A model generated the notes under the pieces. That model made no database searches and was not told where the DNA came from. It worked only from the letters and a program-made list of their open reading frames with translations. The position numbers were made by a program, and so were the translations under genes. A DNA stretch of 60,608 nucleotides, filler included, from Sluysia triapertura (lineage: Eukaryota), in NCBI GenBank assembly GCA_046118255.1. It is 5 parts of 5 records of this genome, joined end to end, with 100 filler letters (N's around TTAATTAATTAA, not from the genome) between each part and the next. Parts side by side here need not be neighbours in the genome. Positions count along the whole stretch, not along the records: positions 37,144 to 48,881 come from JBJNIA010175029.1; positions 48,982 to 60,608 come from JBJNIA010182690.1; 3 more parts are not named here. The stretch is one strand, 5' to 3'. This document shows, one piece after another, positions 38,542 to 51,202 of the stretch (its first letter is position 1; the number at the start of each line of letters is the position of its first letter).

Positions 38542-39169
38542 CTTAACATAAAATAATAATAATAATACGTTTATTAACACATTGTGGTAGGAAAATGTAA
38601 AAAATTGTGATGACAGTGCGAGTCACATAGTATATATGGATGGTAGAATGAAGCTGCAAGGGATGACTCGATGGATATGAGGAAATAGGTTATAGAAAAA
38701 ATTGTTGGAATCGGAAAGAAAAAATGTGTCTCAAAAAGTGCGAAGTAGATGTTTAGAGTCTACCACACCATACAACAATATTAGTCTTCATTACTTATTT
38801 CATTTAATTATTTGTTGATTAAACTTTTCTTTTTTCGATTCAACTATGAAGAATACATTAAAAAATAAAAGTTTAATAAAAACATTCAAAGTCTTTTTTA
38901 ATTTATATTTTCATAAACCACCTTCTCCAATCATAATGTACCGGCACAAAACGCCGATGCATTATCTAAATTAATACACTTTTATTTGTATATTTAATAA
39001 CAAATTAAAAATCAATGTACTATTTTAAAAATTAAGCATTCCAAATATGCTAACTACTTTTGAAATTGTTTTGAAAAAAAATTTAAGTTGTGTATCATTT
39101 CAAATATATTAAAATTACTATATCATATAAGTTCTTATACTCAGATAAAAATAAAAAGACAACCAAGAA

Positions 39170-39740
39170 AATTTATTTGATGTCACATACATTTTTTTCA
39201 GCAGCATTCCAAATCCAAAAATCCCTATTTAAAGAATGATTGTGAATATTCAATATGTTGTTATTCAATTCGTCTATGGAAGGGAAATGTTGGTCATTCT
39301 TCAATAGTCGGAAGAGATCAAAATCAAGTAAGCCAAATCAGGATTGCATGGAATATGTTCAAGTTCACTGTTGCTTTTGAATAAGTGTAGTAGTTTATTA
39401 TTTAGTTTTATCTTCAAACACTATTTTGAAGAAGTTGTGAATAGTTTAGCATTTATATTGCCTTCTGTGAAATTAACAAATCAAAACCATCAGATGTCAT
39501 TAATTGTTCCAGATAAGAGCCACACCCCACTTTTAATGTTTCTGAAGCTCCATTCCTTGTACTATTGCTTGTATAGCAGTGTCTCACCTTGAGTAATTAT
39601 GTCATCTAATAAGAATGGTCCAAATGAATCAATCAAGTCACCGATCTATTCTTCGTCAAGAAAAAGATTACACAAGGCTTTCTATAGCTAATTTCATTCA
39701 TTATCTTGTTTAACCAACCTTTTGAAAAATTAAATTTATC
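39170..39740 (-). mobile_element. Decayed mariner (DD34D-type) transposase
   Basis: Minus-strand ELEHIPCNPDLAY/DFDLFRLLKN matches the HPPYSPDLAPSDFHLFRSLK consensus. Heavily frameshifted; no TIR recognised. Confidence 0.6.
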
Positions 39741-41406
39741 ACATATATACAGACTTTATTTTTTATTTTCCTCGAAAAATTTTTGCAATTGTTTTTGTTT
39801 GCTTAAAATTTCAAGAGAACAACAAGGTCTTTGACTATCACGACTGCAAGGACAATCATTCTCTTTGATTTCTCTTAATTGTGTAATTTTCATTTTGATT
39901 TGGAATTTATGACGTTTTTGTATTCTATAGAACCTGTAAAAGAAAACGTTATTCGTCAGACGCAAATAAAATTAATTTTATACGTTATAAAATAACTCTA
40001 AACTAGTCGAGAATAAGAACTGAATATAAATATATGATATGTATTTAATACTTTAATACTTACTATGTTTTGATTAATATTCCATTCTTTGCTTTAGTTT
40101 CATGCAACTTTTATAAATAAGAGATAAATTGTAAAAAGTCTAATATGCATAACGAATTTATTTGTAACGCAATTATTTACACGATTTTAACAAAGCAGAA
40201 TTATCAAAATAAAGTACCGTCAACGACTTCACAGACGCTAGTAAGTTAAAATATCGAATAAGAATGTACTATAAATAATGTATGAGCATAATCTATAACT
40301 GCTAATTTATGATTCATGTGGTTTTGAACTTGTTAACAGATAATATATCATAAATTCAAAATTAAAGTAAATAAATGGTTTCTCACAAATGTAACCATTA
40401 ATCAAGAATTAATCAAGATACGGTAAATTTTATATCAAAAATATAACGAATATATTTTATAAAGTCACACAAGTTGCTGAAAATGTCTTTTTCACTCACC
40501 AATTTTCCACAATTAGACACCGTTCATTCTTATCTCTTCCTTTATTCCTGATCCAATACAATGTCGTATTTTCAAATTTGGCGTTTAATACTTAGAACGT
40601 ATATGGATCTCTGATTAATCCACGGCGTAGCTTAATTTTGATGATGAAAATTGTATATTGAGTATTTACAACTCGTATATAAAAAACGATGGAAACTGTA
40701 CGACGACACAGTAAAGATTTCTGATTTATATATTTCAAAAATGATAATTCTCTTGAATTTTTATGATTAAATTATGAGATATAAGAAATTAAAATGAAAC
40801 AGCCTCTATAATTTAATCATCAATAATATTTTCTAAACTTACAACTTCAATATTTAATTTTAAATTTTATTAAAACGTTAAATTGACATTTTAATTATAA
40901 AAGAAATTAAAAGTATTTAACGAAATTACCACAAAGTGAAGAAAAACTATAAAATTAGCGCTCAATTTTCAAACTTCAGAATTTTAATAAAGTTTGCTGT
41001 GCTCGATGAGGCAAGTTTCATGAAATCACATCTGCTCTGGAGTGTGACAACCACTGTGGTAGTCATACTGGATCAATTTCTCATCACAAGTGACAATTAA
41101 TTAAAAATGGATCAGATTTGTGACGATAAAACATCAAGGAAACTTCTATTTATCAATTAGTTCATGTGGAACCCACTTATTAAACTTTTTCACTTTACCG
41201 TCTTGAACTAAACGAATTAATATTGTTTGTTTGCTAACACCAAACTTTAACGACAATTCATAAGCACTCTGAGATGAGTCAACGGTGAACTTTAGTTCGT
41301 CATTATTGACGACTGTGCGGCTTATTTATGAAATTTGCGAATCAATTTGGTACTGTCTGCTGAGGCAAATACACTATTAGTGTTTCGTGAGGTCTGTAAG
41401 AATCTC

Positions 41407-41524
41407 TTTTATGAGGTCCTTTTTATGCGATTTTTTATTTGTGGGATCTCATAATTTAATAATTAAATTGAGATCGCACAAAAAAATCGCATAATAAAGG
41501 ACCGCATAAAAACAGGTTTGAGCG
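41407..41524. mobile_element. Fold-back MITE fragment of the 18230 family
   Basis: Arms 41407-41451 and 41469-41512 are near reverse complements. Ends in AACAGGTTTGAGCG|TA. Confidence 0.7.
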
Positions 41525-42501
41525 TAAGTGCAAATTTCCGATAGTTCCATTTTGAAAAAAATTAATTAAAAAAATTTTAGAGCTTTAAACTGGCAAGATA
41601 TGTAACTTTCCAACGGAAAAACAGAACATAAAATATTAAGCCAAAGAGAGGTAATAAGCTGTTAAAGTTGGCAATATTAAACTACAAATTATACGTTGAA
41701 AACCTAATAAAATTATGAAAATAAAAGATATATTTTAAAAATGTTAAGAAAATTAGGTGCGATCTGAGATATCAAATCAAAATATAACATACTAACTGGT
41801 AGACAAATCATAAAGTTTATATGATGTTAAAAGAAATGATCGTTCTCCGATATCGGATTATTTTAAGATCTTACCGAAATCGTTACAGAATATGCTATTT
41901 TGTAATTTATTTCCAGAATTAGCTCACAGTTTATAAATAATTTATCCCTTTTAATTTCTTTTTCTATATTATTTGAGAGCTAATTTACAACTGTAGCTAC
42001 GTTATAAACACCTAGTGTAAATAAATTATCTTTTGAATAGGAATTTAATTTACGAATAAAATTAATAATACAATAAGAAATTTAATTGGTTAGATTTATT
42101 TAAAAGTAAAAGAAACTAAACAAAAGAAACAAAGTAAAAGAAGAAACAAAAGCACTTATTTAGCATAACACAATTTACCGTAACACTGGCTACTTGATAA
42201 TCTGTGACAAAAATTAAATCGTAGAATAAAAATAACAGAAACAAAATGTTTACCGAACTATTCAATAGTTTTGATTAACATTGAATTTTCAAAAACTGTT
42301 AAATATTTAAATTTCTTATTTTAACTGTAATATATACCTTTGAACTCCACTCTAGTGACTAATTGATTATACCAACAAATCTAGCATTAGATTTAATAAA
42401 CTTTTTAAAGCGATAACAGCGACAATGCACTGATAGTTCATTATCGGATAATGGAGTGCAAAACAAAAATGAAAATGTTAAATCACAGTAACAATATTTA
42501 C

Positions 42502-42690
42502 CTTTAGCAGGTTTATGACTAAGTGTTGAATTTTTCAAATTACTGGCTGATCGGAATAATTTGGATAGAGTAGACTCTTTACGTTTCAATCTCGACGGTA
42601 ATTCATCGATTGGCAAGTCACTATCAATATCAGGATACCGATGTAATGTATTGCATAAATGCGTTGCACAATTGTTGATATTTTGTTTGT
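42502..42690 (-). CDS. Coding exon of the same gene (DKQNINNCATHLCNTLHRYPDIDSDLPIDELPSRLKRKESTLSKLFRSAS...HKPAK)
   Basis: Acceptor tttag|AC at 42691/42690 and donor G|gtaaat at 42502/42501. Phase 1-1, joining both neighbours in frame. Confidence 0.75.
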
Positions 42691-44974
42691 CTAAAATATT
42701 GTGACAATATAATTATATAATTTAAAAGAAATTATAATAAAATAAAATAAAACCAAAATATTTGAGTAATCTCAGAAAGTTTTAAAATTAATAAATATGT
42801 ACTTAATTTAAGAAATAAACAATAGAATTTAAGAACCTATCACGCATAATTAACACGTTGAGAAAGTAAAGAATTAAACGGAAACACCTTAAGAACCTAA
42901 AAACATAATATTTTAGCAAAATAGAAATGAATTAAAATTAAATTTAAAACTAAAACTAAATTATTACCTTAAATTATTTAAAAACATTTAGAAATTATTT
43001 AATGGTGAATCATTCTTAAATATCATGATACAAACACAAATACCATTAAGTGCATTTAAATACTATAGTAATATCATTTAAATAAAACATGTATTTTGGA
43101 ATTTAAGAAGAAACTCTAAATGAGTTTTGTAATTAAGCAATTACTCTGGCTTGCTTATATTTAATGTCACTATTTCCAAATGGGAATTATCGTATTTCTA
43201 TTATCTTTGATATACAACTAAACATTCGATTAGTAATTTTCAATACTAATCCTAAGAATGTGCTTTTCATATTTTCTTCATTAAGTTCCATTCTACATTT
43301 CTTTAAAACGATTTATACTTAACATAAATATTGGATTTACTTATGTGTGATTATATTGGTTTAAATTTTTAAATTCTTGTGAATATATTTATTACTGCTA
43401 GGCATCTGGTCTGTAACAACGAAATGTTTTGCTACTATTTTATCACAAAAATGATTAAAAATAAATGTTTTAATTAAATTATGAAAAACTAATATGGTAT
43501 TGAATATTTTCTGATCTATGCAGTTTTGTAAAAATTATTTTGTATTTCAAACTCATTCAGAAATATGTTTTGATTTTTTTGGTCTTTTTATTGCTTAGAA
43601 ATTCAGTTTTTATGAAAAAAGTTCGAAATGTTAAAATTGACATTGTACTTTATAGTTCTGCGTCGCAAGACCACACTATTTGGAAAATGCAGCGGCTAAA
43701 CCTTATAATCGTTTTTCTAGTTTCAAGATTCATCCCAAAGTATTTTTTATTCGTCTGAGTTTATAAATGATTTTCGAATTTTTCTAGTTCTGTTGAAATG
43801 AAGGATGATGAACAGCCAACTTATGTATTTGAAAATAGAAATCAGTTCATAAAATTTTGAAGGTTAAAGGCTTTTTAATTATAATTAAAAAGATCAAATC
43901 GAAATATGTAGCACTTATTTTTACTCATCAAGCAATCACCGATTTATTTACTTCATTTATAAGACTTCTTAATCTTCCAATTCAAGCGTCAATAACACAG
44001 GCTAAGAGTGCTTAACTGGATATGGTTTCAAATTGTAACTCGTACTTACTGTGTTTTATTTACACCGGTCGATCGCTTTTTGGTTGTTGTTAAATTGCAA
44101 CATTACCGTGGCAATTTCTACTGCAATTATAATATTTAAATTTTACATCATTTATGAAATTTTAGTTTATAAATGATACCTGTACTAATATTGTTTCATA
44201 TGAAACCTGTCCATATACTCGTTTAAGACTTTTATTCAAATTTCCTTCACCAGGTCTGATATTGATAAAGTTTTGTATAAGCAATTATGTGCATATAGTA
44301 AAAGTGAAATCTAGTGATTATTTTAAATCACCTAAATTGTTTACGAGAGCTAGAACGAATGTCGTGGGAACTCATTATATTCATTATTTAAATTTAGTGT
44401 AACTGAATGTATTTATAGTCGGTGTATGTTTAGTGATATTAAATAGTGCTGTGAGTCCGACAAATTGTTTAGTTGTGATGAAATTATTTCGACAAAAGTA
44501 TAAATAAATGTTACATTTTAAAGAGTTTAAATTTTTGAGTTTGTACACTTTATGCTACTAATCATGAATCCATGATCATCAGTAGAACCTCTATATCTTT
44601 AATGCAACTTGCTTATGCGGTATCTCTAGAGTCGATGTGTCATCACATTAATATATTAACCGAAATTGATCAACTAAGTTCGAGAAATATCATCACATAA
44701 ATTAGGAGCAACGGATATGGTAGAAGTCTATGAAGAAGATAATCAAAGAATAGTGTTTTTTGATTAAAATTTGCCCAATATGATTGGTCAACGAAGTTAG
44801 CGATTTTGCTTTACTTGACATTGTAATTTTATAAGTATTAAAGTTTGTTGATTTGCATATGGATGCGAAGGTAATAGATGCTGTTCGTTTTTTTGTGTCT
44901 ACTGACCTTAGTTTTAAAGTACCTTAAGCACTATTTTTAACATGTCGATAAGGTCTGTGAAAGTAAATTCGATA

Positions 44975-46515
44975 TTATAGAAAAATTAAATATATACTAC
45001 AAAAATCATTGTCTAAAGACAAAATTTGAGCGCCCTCAATATTTCTTATATCAAAATATAATATTAAAAACCCTAAAAGCCTGCCCATAATGAGCGAAGC
45101 ATTTATTAATATTCGGATTATTTTGTAGAAAATATTACCAAATTTTCTTCCTAATTCAAGAAAGATGACTTGTTGTAAATGCATATGGTCCGAATACTTC
45201 TTAATCAGAATCATTTTCGCGATCATTATTTCGTTGACTAAATCATCCTTATCTAGTTCTTTGTCTGCCCTTAGTTCTACGATATCTGCCTCAGCTAAAT
45301 CATCAAAACTTTCTCTTCCCATTGTTTGCGCTAACTTCGTTATCAGAAAATATTCATTAAATTAGTATTAAATCAGTAATTCTCATTTCAAATTACTTTT
45401 GGCCAAACATTTTTCCAGTAGACATTGAGTGCTGATTGCTTAATTTCTTTATGTGACACTCCAATGTGCTTAACACAATTTAAGAATGTCATTTTTTCCA
45501 AGCATCCATAATCGAAAGAGATCCATCATTTTCCATTTGTTCTAAAGCATACCTAAAGGTTCGCTTGATGTAAAGGACTTCAAAAGTCGAATTATCCCTT
45601 TATCTAACGGTTGCAATAAAAGTCATACTTTTGGGCAAAATGCAACTTGTATTTGTTATAAATCGTGATGATGGCCTAGTGCATTATCAATAAAAAAACA
45701 TGTGAAAAACCTATGAAATCATTCATTGAAAAGTGTGGCAATAACCCAGATTTTCTCATTGGCCATCCAATAAACTGGAAGATTGTTGATGTTTATTAAT
45801 TTAAATAAGCATAGCGTTTTGATGCGTTAATAACCATTGGTTTCATTATATCATTATCTGAAATATTGCTTCTAAAGAATTATTATGCGATTTTGTGACC
45901 TTTAGCAAAATAGGTTCTCCCTGACATTTTACCGAAATAACACGAACTTGTCAACACTATAGAAATAATCTTAATCGACAGATGATTGTTCACCTTTGCA
46001 ATCTTTTATTATGTAAAGAATGTCTGAATTTTTTGAACCAAACATGACTTGCAAAAAAGACAGCTTCTTTTTCATTAAAGTAGATGGTAACTGATTCTAA
46101 ATCTTATCATAAATCTTCAAAATCTTATTTGTATCAATTAGAATCCACTTTTTTGAGTTGTGTCTTCTAGCAACATCATTAATGTCGTTTCCATTGCGAC
46201 ATTTCTTACTTGAAGCTGTATTCATACTAGTTCAAGATCCAGCTGCTACACTTTTCCTACGGAATCTTCTTTTTTTATTGTTTTTATTGTGGCCACTTTC
46301 TGTTACTCTTCCTCCATTATATATACAAATCTAAAAATTTAATTTTGCACTCTTAAGAATGACTTCTCTTTTCATTTGATTCTTTTTAATTTCTTTTCTT
46401 TTAATTTAATTACAAAAATTATAATTGTTTATCCCAAAATGGTAAATGTGAAGTTCTAAAAAGTCTAAAAGCGAAATCGTGTAAATAAAGTACAATGTAA
46501 ATCAAGGATAGATGT
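44975..46515 (-). mobile_element. Decayed Tigger1-like (pogo/CENP-B family) transposon
   Basis: Minus-strand PVYWMANEKIWVIATLFNE*F, FFIDNALGH, STFEVLYIKRTF and SIMDAWKK match DDE_1 domain motifs. TIR-like CATCTATCCTTGATTTAC with TA at ~46515. Left boundary approximate. Confidence 0.8.
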
Positions 46516-47373
46516 ATAACATATTTAATTAAATTAAAAGAATCACAGATCAAAAATTAATTTGTCATTTTAATTTTCACAAACTACAAAATGGAAAAAA
46601 TCAACAAAACTTTATTATTTACGTAACCTAATAGTTAAGTTGACTAAACATTGAACTAGTTTAAATATTATGATTCAAAAGTACTTGAATTATAGAATGT
46701 TTGTTTTTATTCCTCGCATAATATAAAAGTTGATATTTTTATTAAAATATTCAGACATCATTTATTTTTTTGTTACTGATTTAAATTAAAAATCAATCAA
46801 TCGAAAAAATCCAAAGTTTAAAGTCAAATGTATGAGTTCTTCATTCAAGCAGCTTAAATTTAAACTGAAATCCAAATTACCCAACTAATGTGAATAACAA
46901 AAATCCATTATAAGTTGGAAGATATTCTATTATATTCATATTCATGAAGAGTTTTTTCAGGTAAAATGCAAATATTGAAACTAAATAATACGCATCAGAG
47001 AATTAGCATGAGAAATATTAAACGAGATTAAACTAAACAAATTAAATCGAATTTCAGTCCATTTAATCTTAAATTATTTAATAGTAATATTTAGCAAAAC
47101 ATCGTTCTAATACCAACAATCAGTTAATAAGGGAGACTGTTAATCAAGAATGTCAAATGTGTTAAATCTAGGGAATATTTCACATTCTTTTATGAATCCA
47201 TAACGGTTTTTTGTAGTGTAAAAGTCAATTAATTTATGATTATAAAATAAACAAACATTTTCTGAAGTTTATTGAAGACTAATTTGGACGTAAATCATTA
47301 TTTCACTATTCATTATTCATTGTTTTGATTGACACGGATGTTACTTCATAAATTTTCATATAAATATTATTAA

Positions 47374-48018
47374 CTCTTTAACCGTGGCTGTCATCAATAG
47401 ACGACTCAGCGAAACTTTTGTGAGGTACAGCTATGTCAATAAGCGATTTAATGAATTGCTTCGGTAACGGTTATCGCGTATCTATGTTATGAATATCTGA
47501 TTTCACGTAATTTATTACTATTTGGTCTATTTCTATTTTAGTTATTTCTATTTTATAACTAAAATAAGCATTGAGAAAATTTCAAATTTGAAGAAGTTCA
47601 ACTATAGAAGATAGGCTGTATTTTATTTTAGAGGCAAAAATATGAGTTATAGAAATATACATCCACATAAGTCAAATTTCGATCAAGTCGAATAATCAAG
47701 TTAGAGAAAACATTACATTTTAGGAGTTCGCTTTGTGGAAGTTTTACTACAATTTTTACTAGAAGTTAAAATGAAACATTTAGCGCAAAACTCCAAGTAA
47801 GCGAAATTTTCATTTTACACCAAAAATAGGCAAAAGACAGCTTCAAATTGCAAGATCAACTCACACAAGGATAATACATTTCGTTCTAAATGCAAGAAGA
47901 ATGTGTTTTTAAATTTTATTATTGCTAAAATATTGTTCTAAAACGAAACAAATAATTTTTATTTTTAATTCTTGCTTTTTTGCATATGAGCGGCTTGTTC
48001 ATTTCCATAGTTAAAGGG
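47374..48018. mobile_element. Non-autonomous piggyBac element with TTAA target duplication
   Basis: TTAA|CTCTTTAACCGTGG ... CCATAGTTAAAGGG|TTAA, imperfect TIRs. Confidence 0.7.
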
Positions 48019-48495
48019 TTAATTAATGAATCAATATACTTTCTTTAATATTACATTTTTCATTCAAACTCAGTAGAATTTGCTTTACATTAATATTTAA
48101 TAATAACATTAAATAACATCACCACACAAATGATATTCTGTGCAACATTAGAGAAATAGATACATTGTTATGAAGAAGCAGATCAAATTCAAAATAACAA
48201 CCCCAAATAACAATCGAAAATAATAATAATTATAGAAATTTTTTCATTTAAACAATACCATACTTTTTAATTCTGTGGAATTTTAAACTTCTTTAATTGT
48301 TGATTTCATTAATTGAATTTCCATTACAATGAGAACATGATCTGTCTAGTTGGGCTTATTTAAAAGATTTTATATTCTGCCAATGGTTTTTTGTTACTTT
48401 ACTATTGGGACCATTTTAATTATATTTCCTAATTTTTAAATGTAACCCAAAACAAATTATTTCATAAATTTTATTAAATTACAATGAAAACCAAC

Positions 48496-48881
48496 CAATT
48501 TCAATAGGATTATTATTATTTGCCAAATCCATGTTTAAAAGTGGTCTTACTTTTCCTGCACCATTTATTGGTATTCTAGGAGAAGTATACATTTGTGTAT
48601 TTTTGTAAGATGGATACGGGCTTAAAAATGATTCCGACTTCGATGGATCTACTGAAATAAGTGAGGTTGTATGACCGCGATAATTACTGACACTATCACG
48701 TGGTACCGCAGTATATGCAGATGGAGAATATATAGAGCTGTGCGAATAACGCGGTGATCTAGTATCTCCAGTTACTGTGGATCCCAATAAAGGAGTTGGA
48801 TATATATTATCATGTTCTCCAGCATACACCATTTTACGATTGATACAATCGCATATTCTAGACAAACCATGCGAACAAGAC
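48496..48881 (-). CDS. Coding exon (5' end in gap) of an unidentified host gene; Cys-containing start then Ser/Pro/Tyr-rich
   Basis: Open frame SCSHGLSRICDCINRKMVYAGEHDNIYPTPLLG...NNPIEI. Donor G|gttggt at 48496/48495, phase 1, in frame with the 42690 exon. Confidence 0.75.
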
Positions 48882-48981
48882 NNNNNNNNNNNNNNNNNNN
48901 NNNNNNNNNNNNNNNNNNNNNNNNNTTAATTAATTAANNNNNNNNNNNNNNNNNNNNNNNNNNNNNNNNNNNNNNNNNNNN
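48882..48981. other. Assembly gap with TTAATTAATTAA linker
   Basis: Read directly from the sequence. Confidence 0.97.
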
Positions 48982-49005
48982 AGTTACTTGACAAAGCTTT
49001 AAAAT

Positions 49006-49053
49006 CCTACGTAAACGTCCATTATAGGTAAATCGTTTAACGTAGGCGGACCC
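49006..49053 (+). ncRNA. Dispersed conserved stem-loop motif, copy D
   Basis: CCTACGTAAACG (49006-49017) pairs with CGTTTAACGTAGG (49034-49046): 12 bp with the bulged A at the same position as copy B, followed by CGGACCC. Confidence 0.5.
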
Positions 49054-49129
49054 AAAATCTAAAATTCATTATTTTTATAATTGTTCAGGTAATAAGAAAA
49101 CCGAACAGAAGGCATAAAGGTAATTATAT

Positions 49130-49825
49130 ATATAAACCTATTTTGACAAAATTTAAAGATCAATTCGAAGATATAGTCGAAACAACAAAGTTTACGGTAT
49201 ATAGCTCAATGGGAAGAGCATCGAACTGCACAAACTGTCAACGTAACTATGTGATTTAAGAAAGTATCTAGTGACATTTAATAGCAAAAAATACTGAAAT
49301 CGAAGGAATATTTATGGAAGCTAAAGACGAACTAAATCGTTCATTGAATTCTTTTGATTTAAAATGTAATACATTGCAAAAATTAAACGAGCAATTGACT
49401 ATTGAAAATAAAAGTTAAAGTTACAGAACAATGATATAAATGCAGCTTTAAGTGATTTACAACGAATTAATGATACATTAAATGATGATAATTTAACATT
49501 TCGCATGGAAATTAATCATTTAACTGAAAATTGTAAATTACAACAAAGTATGATTAATAAAGTTAATAAAACAGAAATTGAAAGCGAATTAGAACAATAT
49601 AAAAACACGGTGAAATAATTAGTAAAGGAATGACTGAAATGCAAGGTCTTGCTTTTGCAGCTGAGGATAAAGTAAAAAATTTACAGAAGAGCTCTCAAAG
49701 AAAAGTTCAATTAATAATGAAATTTCTGAACACAGAATCTACGAACTAGAAAAGTTGCAAAATGAATACATTAAGACCAATCAGAATTTAAAGGAGAAAC
49801 TTGAAACTCTTCTCAATCATTAATA
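49130..49825 (+). pseudogene. Decayed coiled-coil ORF (retroelement gag N-terminus or ORF1-like)
   Basis: Heptad-rich fragments MEAKDELNRSLNSFDLKCNTLQKLNEQLTIENK, LSDLQRINDTLNDDNLTFRMEINHLTENCKLQ and ELEKLQNEYIKTNQNLKEKLETL, broken by frameshifts and stops. Confidence 0.55.
49195..49232 (+). pseudogene. tRNA-Cys(GCA)-like 5' half
   Basis: CGGTATA-TA-GCTC-AATGGGAA-GAGC-A-TCGAA-CTGCACA has a D arm and a CT-GCA loop at tRNA spacing. No 3' half or B box follows, and it overlaps a decayed reading frame. Confidence 0.3.
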
Positions 49826-50835
49826 AAATCCATGCGCATCATTAATATTTTAATCGTGTATGTATGTATATCATGTATGTAATGTATTTAGGAAAAGTTA
49901 TGTAGTTAACTAAAAAATAAATTAAAGTTACTGACAATGTCATTAAACGGTCGGTGCTCTTGGATTTTAGTCAACTTAATTCAGTAAATAAGTAGGGCTT
50001 TACTTTGCATATTAATTGGTAGATTAAATTGCAAATTTTGAAATATCATACTTTATAAAGTACATCACTAAAACTAGCAGTACATTGCAATAGTAATAAT
50101 TTATATACATTATTACATCATTATATTGTTTGAAGTACTTGTTTATACATTTTCTTAATCCTTCACATAATAGAAATAAACATTTATGACATTAATAAAC
50201 AAATAATATATTTATTTATAATTAAATTATGTATTTTATATGATACTATAAACTGCTAATTATTAGTATTATGTTTAACATCAAATAAAAATTTTATATT
50301 GATTTTATTTATTATATAAAACAAAATTTTAAAGTAAATTATTAAAGTAAATAACAAATTTCTTAATTTATATTGATATCGTTAAAAAATTAGAGAAATC
50401 AAAAAATGCCTTTAGTTTTGACAACTGTGTCATTAATTAACCACAGAAAACCCGAATGCAATTAAGGGCACCGCTACAATATACATAAACTATCGGTAAA
50501 TGAAGTTACTTAATAACTTTAATGTAAATTTAGATTTAAATTTGAAACACACATTGCTGATTTCTTCAATTATATAGAATATACAATACAATTTAGTATT
50601 ATTAACCAATTAAAAATCAGAAAATTATTGACTATTGCATATATATAAAACTGTGACATACATGGAAGCAAATTACTAACAAACTACATTTACATAGATG
50701 AAACTTATCCAAACATTATTTATTACCATTAAGTAGTAAATGCACAATTTACATTTGTAATATAATCATATTTTTGTTTTCGATTGTGGATTTTAAAATT
50801 TATATAAATTCACTAAATTGTCAATTTTATTTATT

Positions 50836-51202
50836 ATGGGTCAGTTTACTATTCAAACTACATTTTACATTATACTATTGACAATCAATAATTTTAAATT
50901 AATTTTCTGCAACGATAGTAATATTGAAGAAAATGATATATTCGTATCAAATCAAGCTCAATTATATCTTCATGATGAATCCGGTAGTTATTTTGGATAT
51001 TCTATATCGTGCTTTATTGGCCAAAATAAACCATTTTGTTTAGTAGGAGCACCGAAAGGCTTAGTTAATGATTTTAATACAGATACAATGATACGAACTG
51101 GTTCAGTTTATCGATTATCTTTCGAAGAAAATATTTGCACTAATGTACCAATTACATCAAATGAATTTTCTGAAACAGAAACAAATGAAAAAAATTTTAA
51201 AA
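50836..51202 (+). CDS. Integrin alpha subunit, first coding exon (signal peptide plus first FG-GAP repeat)
   Basis: MGQFTIQTTFYIILLTINNFKLIFC signal-like segment; GSYFGYSI...LVGAPK...TGSVYR...C is the integrin alpha beta-propeller blade-1 signature. Donor A|gtacgt at 51202/51203. Confidence 0.88.

Noticed and set aside
14722-48981. Recurrent TTAATTAATTAA palindrome flanked by Ns (four sites)
   Set aside because: Artificial scaffold linker with stops in all frames, not biological.
49160-49232. Circularly permuted tRNA (TTCGA upstream complementary to the anticodon stem)
   Set aside because: No T-arm or acceptor 3' strand can be formed.
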